Source: an uncultured bacterium (GTDB lineage: Bacteria; CAZSTA01). Taken from it: a stretch of 62,714 nucleotides of DNA. This document shows positions 48,784 to 58,584 of the stretch, one piece after another. The stretch spans positions 1 through 62,714 of the forward strand of contig CAZSTA010000001.1 in NCBI GenBank assembly GCA_964609495.1. The letters run 5' to 3'. The notes under the pieces were generated by a model. It had not been told where the DNA came from and made no database searches. It saw only the letters and a list, made by a program, of their open reading frames with translations. The position numbers were made by a program, and so were the translations under genes. Position 1 is the first letter of the stretch. Each line of letters opens with the position of its first letter.

Positions 48784-50562
48784 TCATATATCGTTTTGGG
48801 CTCCTTCCTTGAAGAGCGCTTTCTTGATATGTTCAACCGTCTCGCGAATAAATCTCTCGTCTAACTCGCTGACGAGCGAAGGAGTCTCGAAAATTCGCTT
48901 GGGTAAGCGGAATTTGTCGAGAGAAAAACCCTCTCGAGTCTTGAACCTGTATTTTCCCTGGTGTATCTCTTCTCCGATACGATTGAGATCCTCTGGAGCA
49001 AGATCAAAACCTGCTAAATGGAGCGCTTTTGAGGCGATATCTGGCTTATATATCCCTCTGGCAAAGAAACAAATTACAAGACTTGACAGGATCTGACGCC
49101 AGCGTTCCTCAGCTAGCAGGGTTTCAGCAAGTTCCTCAGGACTGAGTTGTCCTTCAGCGAGAACCTTCTGATCAACACTATAGCCAGCATTGTCCAGATG
49201 ACTGTGTCTCGCACCAATCAAAAAACCTATATGCGCTGCGGGTCCGGTGTGATATCCTGGCATTTCGTTTCCGCCAAAAGCCAGAGCATAATCTTCTCCC
49301 CCATAAAGAGAAGAGACATATTCAACTCCCTGCGCAAGTGCCTTGTAGAATTCATTCGGCTGCTCGATGATCAATCGGACTGTGTCTATGTAGGTGGTAT
49401 AATCCCCCCAACTAAGATTGATACCCACTGTTTCCTTCTCCGAGATGAGACCTCGTTCTTGGGCTTCCGTTGCCCATGCTAAGATCACCCCGGTACTCAT
49501 CACATCCAGACCCCATGCTTCTACTCGATCCATCAACTTTAAGAAGCCCTTGGCATCGGACCCGCCCAGCATAGAACCCAAGGCATAGATAGGTTCGTAA
49601 TCATAAGAAATCATAGAAGTTTTATAAAAATATGCTTCATCTGCATAAGGCTCTCTCAGAGCAGCAATATGTATGCATCCCACAGGACAATGGGAGCAAG
49701 CAAGCCGCCTGCCCAAATACTGTTCGGCGAATGTTTCACCAGAAATCTCGGATGCAGATTCGAATCTCGCTTCCTTAAGATTTCTCGTGGGTAGTCCACC
49801 AAGTTCATTCAAAGGTAGAACGTTCTCAGCCGTTCCAAGATCATGATATTTCTTCATTACCGGGGAGGCCACAGCCATCTGGTAGATCTCGTCATATACC
49901 TTCCGATACTGCTTCCTGTCACTTACAGGGAGCGAACGTTTACCTGAGATCACAACAGCCTTGAGCTTCTTACTTCCAAAAACCGCTCCCATTCCCAGCC
50001 TACCGAAATGTCTATAAGTCTCTGTAATTACGCATGCGTAGGAGATAAGTTTCTCCCCGGCTTTGCCGATGCGCATAATTGTTCTCAATCCTGCTCCCGG
50101 TTCGTTTTCTCTTATAATACGCCCTACTGTTAAACTGCTTTCCATCCCCCACAAGGAGGAAGCATCTCGAAAATAAACCTGATTACCATGAATAGCGAGG
50201 TAGAGAGGAATATCACTGATACCCTTTATTACAATAGCGCCATATCCTGCCATGCGAATAGCAATAGCGTTTCGTCCACCACAATGACTCTCACCAAGAT
50301 TATTGGTGTGAGGTGATTTAAACATAGCCACTGTTTTCGAGGCGAGAGGAAACAATGCTGTCAGGGGACCTACTGCGAATATAATCGGATTTTCCGCACC
50401 GAAAGCATCACAACCTTCAGGACACTCCTCCTGGAGAAGCTGAATGGCAGCTCCAGCACCACCTAGGTGCTTCTCAAAAAGATCTTGTCTTTCCTCTATC
50501 CAGAAATGTTTCTTCGAAAGATCGATATAAAGGACATTGGCAAGGGTGTCATCCCTAAGCAT
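48784..50562 (-). CDS. Aldehyde:ferredoxin oxidoreductase family (tungstopterin) protein
   Basis: LGGAG, FKSPHT..LGES.CGG, GRLGMGAVFGSKKLKA, GGLPTRN, CSHCPVGC and GLDVMSTG. Confidence 0.88.
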   Translation of the reverse strand: MLRDDTLANVLYIDLSKKHFWIEERQDLFEKHLGGAGAAIQLLQEECPEGCDAFGAENPIIFAVGPLTALFPLASKTVAMFKSPHTNNLGESHCGGRNAIAIRMAGYGAIVIKGISDIPLYLAIHGNQVYFRDASSLWGMESSLTVGRIIRENEPGAGLRTIMRIGKAGEKLISYACVITETYRHFGRLGMGAVFGSKKLKAVVISGKRSLPVSDRKQYRKVYDEIYQMAVASPVMKKYHDLGTAENVLPLNELGGLPTRNLKEARFESASEISGETFAEQYLGRRLACSHCPVGCIHIAALREPYADEAYFYKTSMISYDYEPIYALGSMLGGSDAKGFLKLMDRVEAWGLDVMSTGVILAWATEAQERGLISEKETVGINLSWGDYTTYIDTVRLIIEQPNEFYKALAQGVEYVSSLYGGEDYALAFGGNEMPGYHTGPAAHIGFLIGARHSHLDNAGYSVDQKVLAEGQLSPEELAETLLAEERWRQILSSLVICFFARGIYKPDIASKALHLAGFDLAPEDLNRIGEEIHQGKYRFKTREGFSLDKFRLPKRIFETPSLVSELDERFIRETVEHIKKALFKEGAQNDI

Positions 50563-50968
50563 ATTCGAGTGCCTCCTTCTTTTCTAATCTCAGCACTCCA
50601 TGAGGACAGAATTTAACACAATAACCACAATGAACACAAATCATCGGTTTATTAATCTCATCATCCCAGAAAATTGCACCTATAAGGCAAGCATCACAAC
50701 AATTGCCACATCCTATGCATTTGGTAGTATTAAGATGAACTCCGCCTCCATCTCTAATTCTCAGCGCGCCTGTAGGGCATACCTTCGCACAGGGCGGATC
50801 GTCACAAGCTCTACAAACGATTACAGTAAAACCTCGTTCCATGCCTCCGATAGACCTCACACCTATACAGGTTTTAGCTAGTCCTGCCTCACCTTGCCTC
50901 CTGGAGCATGCAAACATACAACTCTGACAACCAACACATCTTTCTGGGTCTGCTACGGCTAACCTCAC
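50555..50968 (-). CDS. 4Fe-4S dicluster subunit of the oxidoreductase
   Basis: CVGCQSC..AC, CRACDDPPCAKVCP, CIGCGNC..AC and CVHCGYC..FCP. Confidence 0.9.
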   Translation of the reverse strand: MRLAVADPERCVGCQSCMFACSRRQGEAGLAKTCIGVRSIGGMERGFTVIVCRACDDPPCAKVCPTGALRIRDGGGVHLNTTKCIGCGNCCDACLIGAIFWDDEINKPMICVHCGYCVKFCPHGVLRLEKKEALEYA

Positions 50969-51019
50969 AGTTTTTCCTCCTTGTGCGATTGTAACTTTTG
51001 TGTCTTATTCCTCCAGCTT

Positions 51020-52675
51020 TCATTTTTCACGTTCCAATACGAGTACCCAATCCTGCATAATAGTCGGGACAGGGACCTGCCAATTCTCTCCGGCTGTAGT
51101 TTTCACCTTGCCGAGGGGATACTCTCGACCATTCTTGGGATCGAAGAGAAACACTCTGTAACTAATATCTGATTCTATTCCCTTGATGATTGTCGGAGGA
51201 GACCAGGGAGCAATTGGTAGCGGGAAGTAAAATACCCGAACTTCTCCTGGGATCCCTGCGCCAAAGGGTCTAACGTAATCATCCTCTTCAGCGCATGGCT
51301 CAACCCAATCCTGATGAGGCTCAAACCGCCACCAGTCATAACGTTCAAGCAATCGCTTACCAATACCTATATGACTTGAGCCTGGTAACCGATAGGCGTC
51401 TTTCCAGGGCGTATCACCCCAGGAGGCGCCATGCGGGGATGCCCCAAAGGGAGCTTCTCTAATGTTAACCTGCCAAATTCCATTTGCGCCATACGTATAT
51501 CCGGCTTCCCCAGAAAGCATACAGCTCCAGAATAGAAAGCGCTGAATCTCCTCTCTACTGCCTTCCATTATCCCTTCATAGCAAGCCTCACCGTTTATGA
51601 CCGGCATTTTTGGCGAGCGATTCACCGCTTCAATCACCTGCTTAACTGTATTGGGTATATCTCTATAACCGCCGTGACCCGTTTGAAGCATATCAAAATC
51701 TAATACCGTATCGTCCTCAACCTGATCACGTGCGCTCCTAGTCGGATGAATTGTGATCGGATGATGGTAAGGATCAAGCTTACGCACGAACCTGGCGATC
51801 TCAGTCCAGCCACTCCTCTGGATATTCTTATCCTTCTCCTTATCCTCGGAGAGGTAATAAGGCATCACTCCCTCACCTGCTAGACACCATATTACGGGAT
51901 AGGCGCCGTATCTTGCGATCAGATTCCGCCAATGCTTTTTAAGCCTGTCCACTCCCATCCACGGGAGGTAGTAGCCCCAACAGCTCACAATACAGGGAAC
52001 CAGACCTGACTTAATTAACCAGTGGATTCGGAGATCAGCCATATCGAAATATGCGGGATTGATCCGTGTATATCCCTCCTCCCATGGGTATCCGGCTTCA
52101 TTGGCACCTCTTTTGTCGAAAGCTGGCATATCGGGATAAAGCCCGGCAACTAACTGAATAACAGTGAAGCCCTTGGCTTTGCGGTCGGCGGTTAGCAATT
52201 GGAAATCGTCGGGCCAAGCCAGGCGTTTGCACAGACCCATCCACCAGGTATCGCCAAGCCAGAAAAAAGGTGTCCCATCGAGGTGCTCTAGGTGAAGGCG
52301 ATTCTGACTGACGCGTAACGGACCATGCCTGATCAATTGATTTTCTCCCTCGTAAGGGCTCACGTAGAGCGTTCCTTTCTGATTATGCAGGTCGCTGTTA
52401 GCTTCATCTGAGCATATCGTTCGATATCGATAGGTGCCGGGATAGCGTGGAGCGAAACGCACTCGCCATTCATTACCACCAGCCCAGAATGTTGGAACTT
52501 TCCACTCTTTCCCCTCGGGGTCTGTAAATACAACATCGAGTTCTATGTCATTGAATGGATCGGCATAAGTTTTTCCAGATAAATAAGACCACTCCATAGC
52601 TTGATTTTGGATCCCACATCTTTCTTGGGGCATTGGTTTTCTCCTTTCTAAAGACTTTACTTCTGCGGGAGTCAT
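51020..52675 (-). CDS. DUF5060/DUF4038 glycoside hydrolase (apiosidase/GH140-like)
   Basis: EWSY..ADPF, FWAGGNEWRVRFAP, DGTPFFWLGDTWW, INPAYF, ITIHP, MLQTGH, KMPVINGE..YEG, and G.TYGANGIWQ. The start may be the downstream MPQER. Confidence 0.75.
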   Translation of the reverse strand: MTPAEVKSLERRKPMPQERCGIQNQAMEWSYLSGKTYADPFNDIELDVVFTDPEGKEWKVPTFWAGGNEWRVRFAPRYPGTYRYRTICSDEANSDLHNQKGTLYVSPYEGENQLIRHGPLRVSQNRLHLEHLDGTPFFWLGDTWWMGLCKRLAWPDDFQLLTADRKAKGFTVIQLVAGLYPDMPAFDKRGANEAGYPWEEGYTRINPAYFDMADLRIHWLIKSGLVPCIVSCWGYYLPWMGVDRLKKHWRNLIARYGAYPVIWCLAGEGVMPYYLSEDKEKDKNIQRSGWTEIARFVRKLDPYHHPITIHPTRSARDQVEDDTVLDFDMLQTGHGGYRDIPNTVKQVIEAVNRSPKMPVINGEACYEGIMEGSREEIQRFLFWSCMLSGEAGYTYGANGIWQVNIREAPFGASPHGASWGDTPWKDAYRLPGSSHIGIGKRLLERYDWWRFEPHQDWVEPCAEEDDYVRPFGAGIPGEVRVFYFPLPIAPWSPPTIIKGIESDISYRVFLFDPKNGREYPLGKVKTTAGENWQVPVPTIMQDWVLVLEREK

Positions 52676-53073
52676 CGCAGAGTTTCAGTCGTTCTTCTAC
52701 AATAGTTACCTAGCTCAGTCAAAGTCAACATTTCCGGGACTTGAGCCTTTTAGGTTTATCGAATTGTTCTTGTTCCTTTACTTTCAAATATCAATTGCAT
52801 CTTAACTCTAATTTTATAACAAAATTTACCTATTGTCAAAGTATTTATAGGTAGCTAAGCATATAAAATCGTATTAGCAGAATTTGGGGGATTCACAATA
52901 GGTTATAAAATAGTTTCAAAGAAGTTTATTGGTGTTTTATCTAAGACTTTTGAGGGTAAATTATATCTTGAACTCACTACCGAAGAACTAAGAGTAACCG
53001 ATCGCTCACTTGAAGCTACTTAACCTATCCCAGCACATGAAACTTTGTATGCTTAGAAGTAACGCTCAGATAC

Positions 53074-53102
53074 TTGACACTGATCCATAATTTGATTATA
53101 CT
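53074..53102 (+). promoter_or_regulatory. Sigma70 promoter upstream of the CAP-domain gene
   Basis: TTGACA-17 bp-TATACT. Confidence 0.55.
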
Positions 53103-53391
53103 ATAAACACTATACTTTCGCAGATTTTTCAAAAATTTACTATTAATAAGGGTTTTTGGAGGGTTTGCATCATACATACTCTCTATCCAAAAATCCCTTT
53201 GGAAACTGCGTTTTTAGTTTAGCATCTTCAAAAATGTGAAACTATAAATTTGAAACTACTTAGTATATTAAGAGGAGAATTACAGTCTTTGGATGTGAGT
53301 TCCTATCTGCCTGTAGCCTTTAGACTACAGGAGTAATTAATCTCTATAAGAATGCTCATCTTTGCCGTAGAGAGAAAGGAGGTGAAATCTA

Positions 53392-53970
53392 ATGGTTAAG
53401 AGGATTAATAGGATATCCAGGAGGCAGTTCCTAAAGATAGTCGGTACAGGAGCGTTGACTTTTGGATTGTCCTCTCTGTTCTTGGAGGGTTGTGATGATT
53501 TGGATGAAATTGTGGAGGGCTTGCTTACCACTCTTATCAATGACTACCGGGAGCAACATGGGCTTCCGAGGATCCCGGTTTCCTCGAAGCTAACGACCGT
53601 GGCATTAAAGCACGTCACGGATCTTGATCAATACCATCCCGAGAACAATTGTGGGGGAAACTTGCATAGCTGGTCAAGTCATGGGAACTGGACAGGCGGC
53701 TGCTATGATAGCAGCAATTCCTCGACTTGGAGCATTATGTGGGACAAGCCTAAAGAGATCACCGGCTATCCGACTAACGGCTACGAGATTGCCTATTGGT
53801 CCAGCGGTAGTGCGACCCCGCAAGACGCATTGGACACGTGGAAAAGTAGTCCTGCTCATAACGATGTTATCCTCAATCAAGGTGTATGGGCGAACTATCC
53901 GTGGAAGGCGCTAGGCGCATGGGTTTTAGGAAATTACGCTTGTGCGTGGTTCGGTGAGACCCCGGATTGA
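53392..53970 (+). CDS. CAP (SCP) domain protein with Tat-like lipoprotein leader
   Basis: SRRQFL..LEGC leader, INDYREQHGLP, L...A..H and W..SPAHN.VIL. Confidence 0.75.
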   Translation: MVKRINRISRRQFLKIVGTGALTFGLSSLFLEGCDDLDEIVEGLLTTLINDYREQHGLPRIPVSSKLTTVALKHVTDLDQYHPENNCGGNLHSWSSHGNWTGGCYDSSNSSTWSIMWDKPKEITGYPTNGYEIAYWSSGSATPQDALDTWKSSPAHNDVILNQGVWANYPWKALGAWVLGNYACAWFGETPD

Positions 53971-54217
53971 TTGCTCGTTTGCCGAACGTATGAGAAATAT
54001 GGCGGTAATATGAAGATTATGAAGGCCTTCTCGTTCCCCGGGCCGGTAATAGTTTTCCTGATGATCAGATCCACTCCAGCCCTCCGGATGTTGGCTAAAG
54101 TCTTGGTAAATGGGGTGCGGATGGACTCCTCGCGAAGGTAGGCAGGCGCGTCTGACATCATATGAGGTGCAGATTAATCTGTCCACTTCCTTTGCCAGGG
54201 TGAAGACCTGATAGCAG

Positions 54218-54430
54218 TTGGAAGGACTAATAGTTATGCTGGTGGCTTTTCTTTACTGGCTCCTCCCAGATTTGATGCTTGGTAATCCTATAGATGATGT
54301 AATAGTGTCCTTAATTGCTGCATTAAGTAGATTCAAGAAAGTTTCAGAGGGGGGATTGTTAAATCACACTCTCCTAACCCCTCCCATCGAGGGAGAGGGA
54401 AACCAAAGAGGCAATCCTATTATCGGATAA
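54218..54430 (+). CDS. Small DUF1232/YkvA-like membrane protein, possibly truncated
   Basis: LYWLLPDLMLGNPIDD. The 3' end runs through a BoxC-like repeat. Confidence 0.4.
   Translation: MEGLIVMLVAFLYWLLPDLMLGNPIDDVIVSLIAALSRFKKVSEGGLLNHTLLTPPIEGEGNQRGNPIIG
54369..54399 (+). repeat. BoxC-like hairpin repeat
   Basis: Shares CCTAACCCCTCCCATC with 15776-15808. Confidence 0.6.
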
Positions 54431-54445
54431 TTTCCTTATGTTAAG

Positions 54446-55339
54446 TTAAGCAGTTTCAAAAATAGATCTCTCAGAGGTGCTAATATCTGCTTTTCCATCG
54501 CTACCAACTAATCTGATCATCTCTTTGACCACTTCCTTCATCTTCTGACGAGCGCTTCCTAATACTCTTTGCAGGTTAAGTTCATCTCTATTCTCTATAA
54601 GAAAATCTCGCAATTGGCCGATGTAGGCTGCTCTCAATCCTGTGCTGAAGTTAACTTTTCTTATCCCTAAGCTTATTGCTTTCTTTATATCTAAATCCGG
54701 AATACCTGTTCCACCGTGTAAAACGATTGGAACTTCTATCAATTCTCTAATTCTCTTCAATCTAGAAAAATCTAACTTCGGTTCAAATCTATATAGCCCA
54801 TGCAGACTGCCAATTGATACAGCTAGAGCATCTACTTTTGTCTCCTGAACGAAGGTTGCCGCGACATCAGGATCGGTCAGAAACTTCTCCCAATCCTCCT
54901 CAAGTATCTCATCCTCTGTCCTTCCTACTTGTCCTAGCTCAGCCTCTACTGATACCCCAACTGCTTTGGCTGCTTCCACAATTTTCTTAGTGATAGAAAT
55001 ATTATCCTCCAGAGGCATAGTTGATCCATCAAACATCACCGATGTAAAACCATAGCGAATACATTTCATAGCTAAGGAGAAACTATCGCCGTGATCAAGA
55101 TGAAGAGCGATAGGAATAGTAGCCTTGTCTATCAAAGCTTTAGCCATAGCGGTTAAGCATTCTATTCCTCCATGTTCGATCTCCACACGTGCTGCTTGTA
55201 ATATAAGTGGTGATTTCTCCTCCTCTCCAGCCTTAATAACAGCTTGAATAGTCTCTACATTACTTATATTAAACGCCCCTATAGCGTAATTACCTTCCTC
55301 TGCTTTTTTCAAAAGCAATGTCATAGGAACTAAGGACAT
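54446..55339 (-). CDS. fba: Class II fructose/tagatose-bisphosphate aldolase
   Basis: YAIGAFN, LHLDHG, TSVMFDGS, VEAELG, IGSLHG, VLHGGTG and KVN. Confidence 0.9.
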   Translation of the reverse strand: MSLVPMTLLLKKAEEGNYAIGAFNISNVETIQAVIKAGEEEKSPLILQAARVEIEHGGIECLTAMAKALIDKATIPIALHLDHGDSFSLAMKCIRYGFTSVMFDGSTMPLEDNISITKKIVEAAKAVGVSVEAELGQVGRTEDEILEEDWEKFLTDPDVAATFVQETKVDALAVSIGSLHGLYRFEPKLDFSRLKRIRELIEVPIVLHGGTGIPDLDIKKAISLGIRKVNFSTGLRAAYIGQLRDFLIENRDELNLQRVLGSARQKMKEVVKEMIRLVGSDGKADISTSERSIFETA

Positions 55340-55364
55340 CGTAATATAATCCCCCTATTCTTTT

Positions 55365-56711
55365 TCAGAGAACAGCCAAGGTGCCGGCAAGAAAGGTATC
55401 TCCCAGGCCTACTGTATATTGAGGCTGTTCCACAGATTTAGTAACTGCCAGAACTGTATTAAAATCCTCTTCTTCAACTATTCCTTCCTTCAGATTTAGA
55501 AGAGAAGATAGTTCTCCCCCTACCTTCTCACCTAAATAATTGAGCGATGATCTTTCATTAACTCCTCTAAGATCATCCCAATCTCCATATTCACCAGTTA
55601 TAGCTCTATAGGCAGCGCTCAACGCTCCTATCAACAGAGCTCTTTGCTCCCTCTCGGGGTCACCCTGAGTTAAAGTAAAGGCGAAATCTCGAGTATGAAC
55701 GCATAATCTCTTCAATTTGAGCTCTCGATAGATGAATCTAGCAGCTTCATAAAGCTCCTTTACGTTATTAGAGAGAATATCATAATCGAATAAGATCAGA
55801 ATATCAACTAACTCGTTCTCATTCATCCCCAGGCTGTCCACATTTGGATATAGTTCCTCTATTAAATATCTCCTCATCTTTATATTTTCTAGTCCTGCCG
55901 TCTCGGCATGGACAAGCATCTTGGGATTCCTATCCTTCCAATCTCTTATCTGAGCCACGCTATCTACGATTCGATTGTGACACATCTCCTCATCATAAAG
56001 GGCATTATATCCCGAAACAATGGCTTTGTCCACCTGGTCGGCGTATTCTCTGGTCCACTTTCGGAAATTCTCATCGATAGTGAAATTAGCGTTGGCTAAA
56101 TCATAAGGCACGATGAAACGATCGTCCTTCTTGGTGATTATCACCTTTGTCCCCAGATCTATTTTGGTTCCTTGGCGAAATTCGAATATATAATGCCACA
56201 TCAGCAGATCGTCTCTTCGAGCGGCTTCCTCTGCTCTCTGCAACCCTTGTGGGTAGGGGATCATAATCTTTCCTTCCCCTGGGAGAAGCTCTGCCTGTTC
56301 TGGAGGGAAGCTGGTGATATGGAGGATGGTAGGTATTCCTAGCTTAGCTAAAGCACAAGCCGCCTGAGCCCCAGTGCCTCCTACTTTGCGTCCACCTTGA
56401 AAGTGTTCGCTTAGCCAATGAGATACCTCCTCATTTTCTACCATCCACTCCCCACCTCTCCCTTTATCCATAAGGTATAACAATCCAGAGAGAAAATCGA
56501 TCGGAGTCTCAATCCTACCCTTGGGATTATCCATAGCTTTTAGGATATCAATCTCTCTTCCTTGGGCTAACTTCTCAATATGTGAAGCCTCAACTGGAAT
56601 CACCAGGTCTATATTGATCGTATAGCCACAAATTATAAATCTCGATCGATCTATCTCATCTTGAGCGAGTTCGAGAGCCTCCTGATATCTATCCCCCCAA
56701 AATCTCCTCAT
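55365..56711 (-). CDS. ADP-dependent glucokinase/phosphofructokinase family protein
   Basis: GYTINID, GGTGAQ, HYIFEF, DRFI, VDSLGMNENE, VHT and TVGLGD. The real start is ATG 56711 (ATGA overlap with the permease stop), not 56876. Confidence 0.85.
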   Translation of the reverse strand: MRRFWGDRYQEALELAQDEIDRSRFIICGYTINIDLVIPVEASHIEKLAQGREIDILKAMDNPKGRIETPIDFLSGLLYLMDKGRGGEWMVENEEVSHWLSEHFQGGRKVGGTGAQAACALAKLGIPTILHITSFPPEQAELLPGEGKIMIPYPQGLQRAEEAARRDDLLMWHYIFEFRQGTKIDLGTKVIITKKDDRFIVPYDLANANFTIDENFRKWTREYADQVDKAIVSGYNALYDEEMCHNRIVDSVAQIRDWKDRNPKMLVHAETAGLENIKMRRYLIEELYPNVDSLGMNENELVDILILFDYDILSNNVKELYEAARFIYRELKLKRLCVHTRDFAFTLTQGDPEREQRALLIGALSAAYRAITGEYGDWDDLRGVNERSSLNYLGEKVGGELSSLLNLKEGIVEEEDFNTVLAVTKSVEQPQYTVGLGDTFLAGTLAVL

Positions 56712-57544
56712 CCCTTTACTGCTCCTGCTGTTAAACCCTGAATAATGCGTCTTTGGAAGACAAAGACCAAAATGATCAAAGGAATAGTAACGATAACGGA
56801 AGCCGCGGCAATACTTCCCCAGGGAACGTGATACATAACGGGCAGCATTGCGATACCCACTGGAATAGTCTGGCATTTAATTGATCTAGTGAAGGTCAAG
56901 GCAAAGAGGAACTCGTTCCAAGCGAAGATAAAGACCAAGATAGCTGTGGTGAACATACCAGGAGCCGCTAAGGGAACGATAATCCTCATAAAAGCTCCTA
57001 AAGGGCTACAACCATCGATCTTAGCTGCTTCCTCCAATTCTATAGGGATCTCTCGAAAATAGCTGGTCAAGATCCAAAGGGTTAGAGGCATAGCAAAGGT
57101 AGTGTAGGGAAAGATCAGAGCTGGATAGGTATTGATCCATTTGAGCTTGCTAAGAATTAAGAATAGCGGGCTGACGATAGCTATCCCAGGAAACATAGAT
57201 ACAGTCAGAATCAAGAAGAGAATAATGGTCTTGCCCTTCATCTTAAGCCGACCCAAGGCGTAGGCCGCAAAACTGCCGACGAACAAGCAAAAGGAGGTGG
57301 TACAAGTAGCAACAATAAGACTGTTTATGATATAACGTTCAAAAGGACGACCAGTGAAGACCCGCACATAATTTTCCACAGTAGGCTCGGTTGGTAAGAT
57401 AGGTGGCAAAGTGGTTAACTCCCGACCTGGTTTAAGGGAGGTGATGATCTGCCAAAGAAAGGGACTGACACACCATACCACGATAATCCCTGTTACCAAG
57501 TAGAAAAGAACTTTCTGTATAACCTTTTTATAATGTCTTTTCAC
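56708..57544 (-). CDS. Carbohydrate ABC permease
   Basis: IPIELEEAAKIDG and WNEFLFAL. Confidence 0.92.
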   Translation of the reverse strand: MKRHYKKVIQKVLFYLVTGIIVVWCVSPFLWQIITSLKPGRELTTLPPILPTEPTVENYVRVFTGRPFERYIINSLIVATCTTSFCLFVGSFAAYALGRLKMKGKTIILFLILTVSMFPGIAIVSPLFLILSKLKWINTYPALIFPYTTFAMPLTLWILTSYFREIPIELEEAAKIDGCSPLGAFMRIIVPLAAPGMFTTAILVFIFAWNEFLFALTFTRSIKCQTIPVGIAMLPVMYHVPWGSIAAASVIVTIPLIILVFVFQRRIIQGLTAGAVKG

Positions 57545-57548
57545 CTTT

Positions 57549-58442
57549 TCACCCTCTTACCTTTATCTGTCTGCTCAACGCCAAGAGGAAGAAAAAGCTG
57601 ATGATAAGCACACAGATAAACATACTGACTGCTAGAGCTGATCCATATCCAAAGTTAGAGGTAGAGAAGAGCACTTTATAAGCATACGTAGATAGGACCT
57701 CGGTAGAACTGGCTGGTCCCCCACCAGTGAGCACAAAGATCAAGGCGAATACCCGAAAAGCATCGAGAGTCCTCAAAAGTACCGCTACTAACATAATAGG
57801 AAGGAGCAAAGGTAAGGTGATAAATCTGAAGCGTCGCCAACCTCCTGCTCCATCGATAAGTGCCGCCTCATATAATTCGTAGGGAATAGTCTGTAAACCA
57901 GCCAACAGAATAAGAGCTATGAAGGGCGTAGTTTTCCAAACATCAGCTAAGATCGCACAGTTAATAGCTAATCTGACATCTCCCAGCCAATTCTGGTAAT
58001 CGCCGATCAGATGAAGTCTCTTAAGGATGAAGTTGAATAGACCATAATCAGAGTTGAATATCCAGCTCCACATCGTAGAAGTGACAACAGTAGGTATTGC
58101 CCAGGGGACCAAAACGGAAGCTCTCACTATTCCTCTCCCCTTGAAAGATTCGTTAATCACCAAAGCCATGCCCAATCCTATGATCGTCTCCAGGGCAACA
58201 GAGGTGAAGGTAAAATAGAAGGTATTGCCCAAGGCATTCCAAAATTCTGGATCATGAGCCATTTGAACGAAGTTTGAAAAGCCGATGAATTCATTGGTTC
58301 GAAAGATAAGCGACATCTTTCGCAGACTCATCCAAAAAGAGGTGGCGGTGGGATAGAAGGCCATAGCTATTACTACAACCAAGGATGGTATCACCAATAG
58401 GTAGCCAAGCTTAGATTCAGCTATAGATATTCTCCTGTTCAT
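57549..58442 (-). CDS. Carbohydrate ABC permease
   Basis: VLVPWAIP, DVWKTTPF..L.LLAGLQ.IP.ELYEAA.IDGA. Confidence 0.92.
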   Translation of the reverse strand: MNRRISIAESKLGYLLVIPSLVVVIAMAFYPTATSFWMSLRKMSLIFRTNEFIGFSNFVQMAHDPEFWNALGNTFYFTFTSVALETIIGLGMALVINESFKGRGIVRASVLVPWAIPTVVTSTMWSWIFNSDYGLFNFILKRLHLIGDYQNWLGDVRLAINCAILADVWKTTPFIALILLAGLQTIPYELYEAALIDGAGGWRRFRFITLPLLLPIMLVAVLLRTLDAFRVFALIFVLTGGGPASSTEVLSTYAYKVLFSTSNFGYGSALAVSMFICVLIISFFFLLALSRQIKVRG

Positions 58443-58584
58443 CTTTATAAATCCCTCTTACTAATATCAATAAAAGGTGCCAAGCTAAGGTGTAATACGA
58501 AGTATAAACAAAATCTTTACTTGGCACCTCAACTGCGATAATATGCTGGGGATGTGATAAGCTCACATCCTCTCGGAATTAACG

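Noticed and set aside
48689-49096. 135-aa plus-strand ORF
   Set aside because: Antisense to the AOR 3' end, with no motif.
52858-52872. AAGCATATAAAATCG similar to the MITE terminal repeat
   Set aside because: Only 15 bp in AT-rich DNA, with no partner end or transposase fragment recognised.
53926-54186. Minus-strand ORFs 53926-54186 and 53934-54161
   Set aside because: May be a decayed gene fragment (weak resemblance to a radical SAM C-terminal strand), but no motif is strong enough to call.
56712-56876. N-terminal extension of the ADP-kinase ORF in the track
   Set aside because: Overlaps the permease on the same strand. The ATGA coupling at 56708-56711 gives the natural start.
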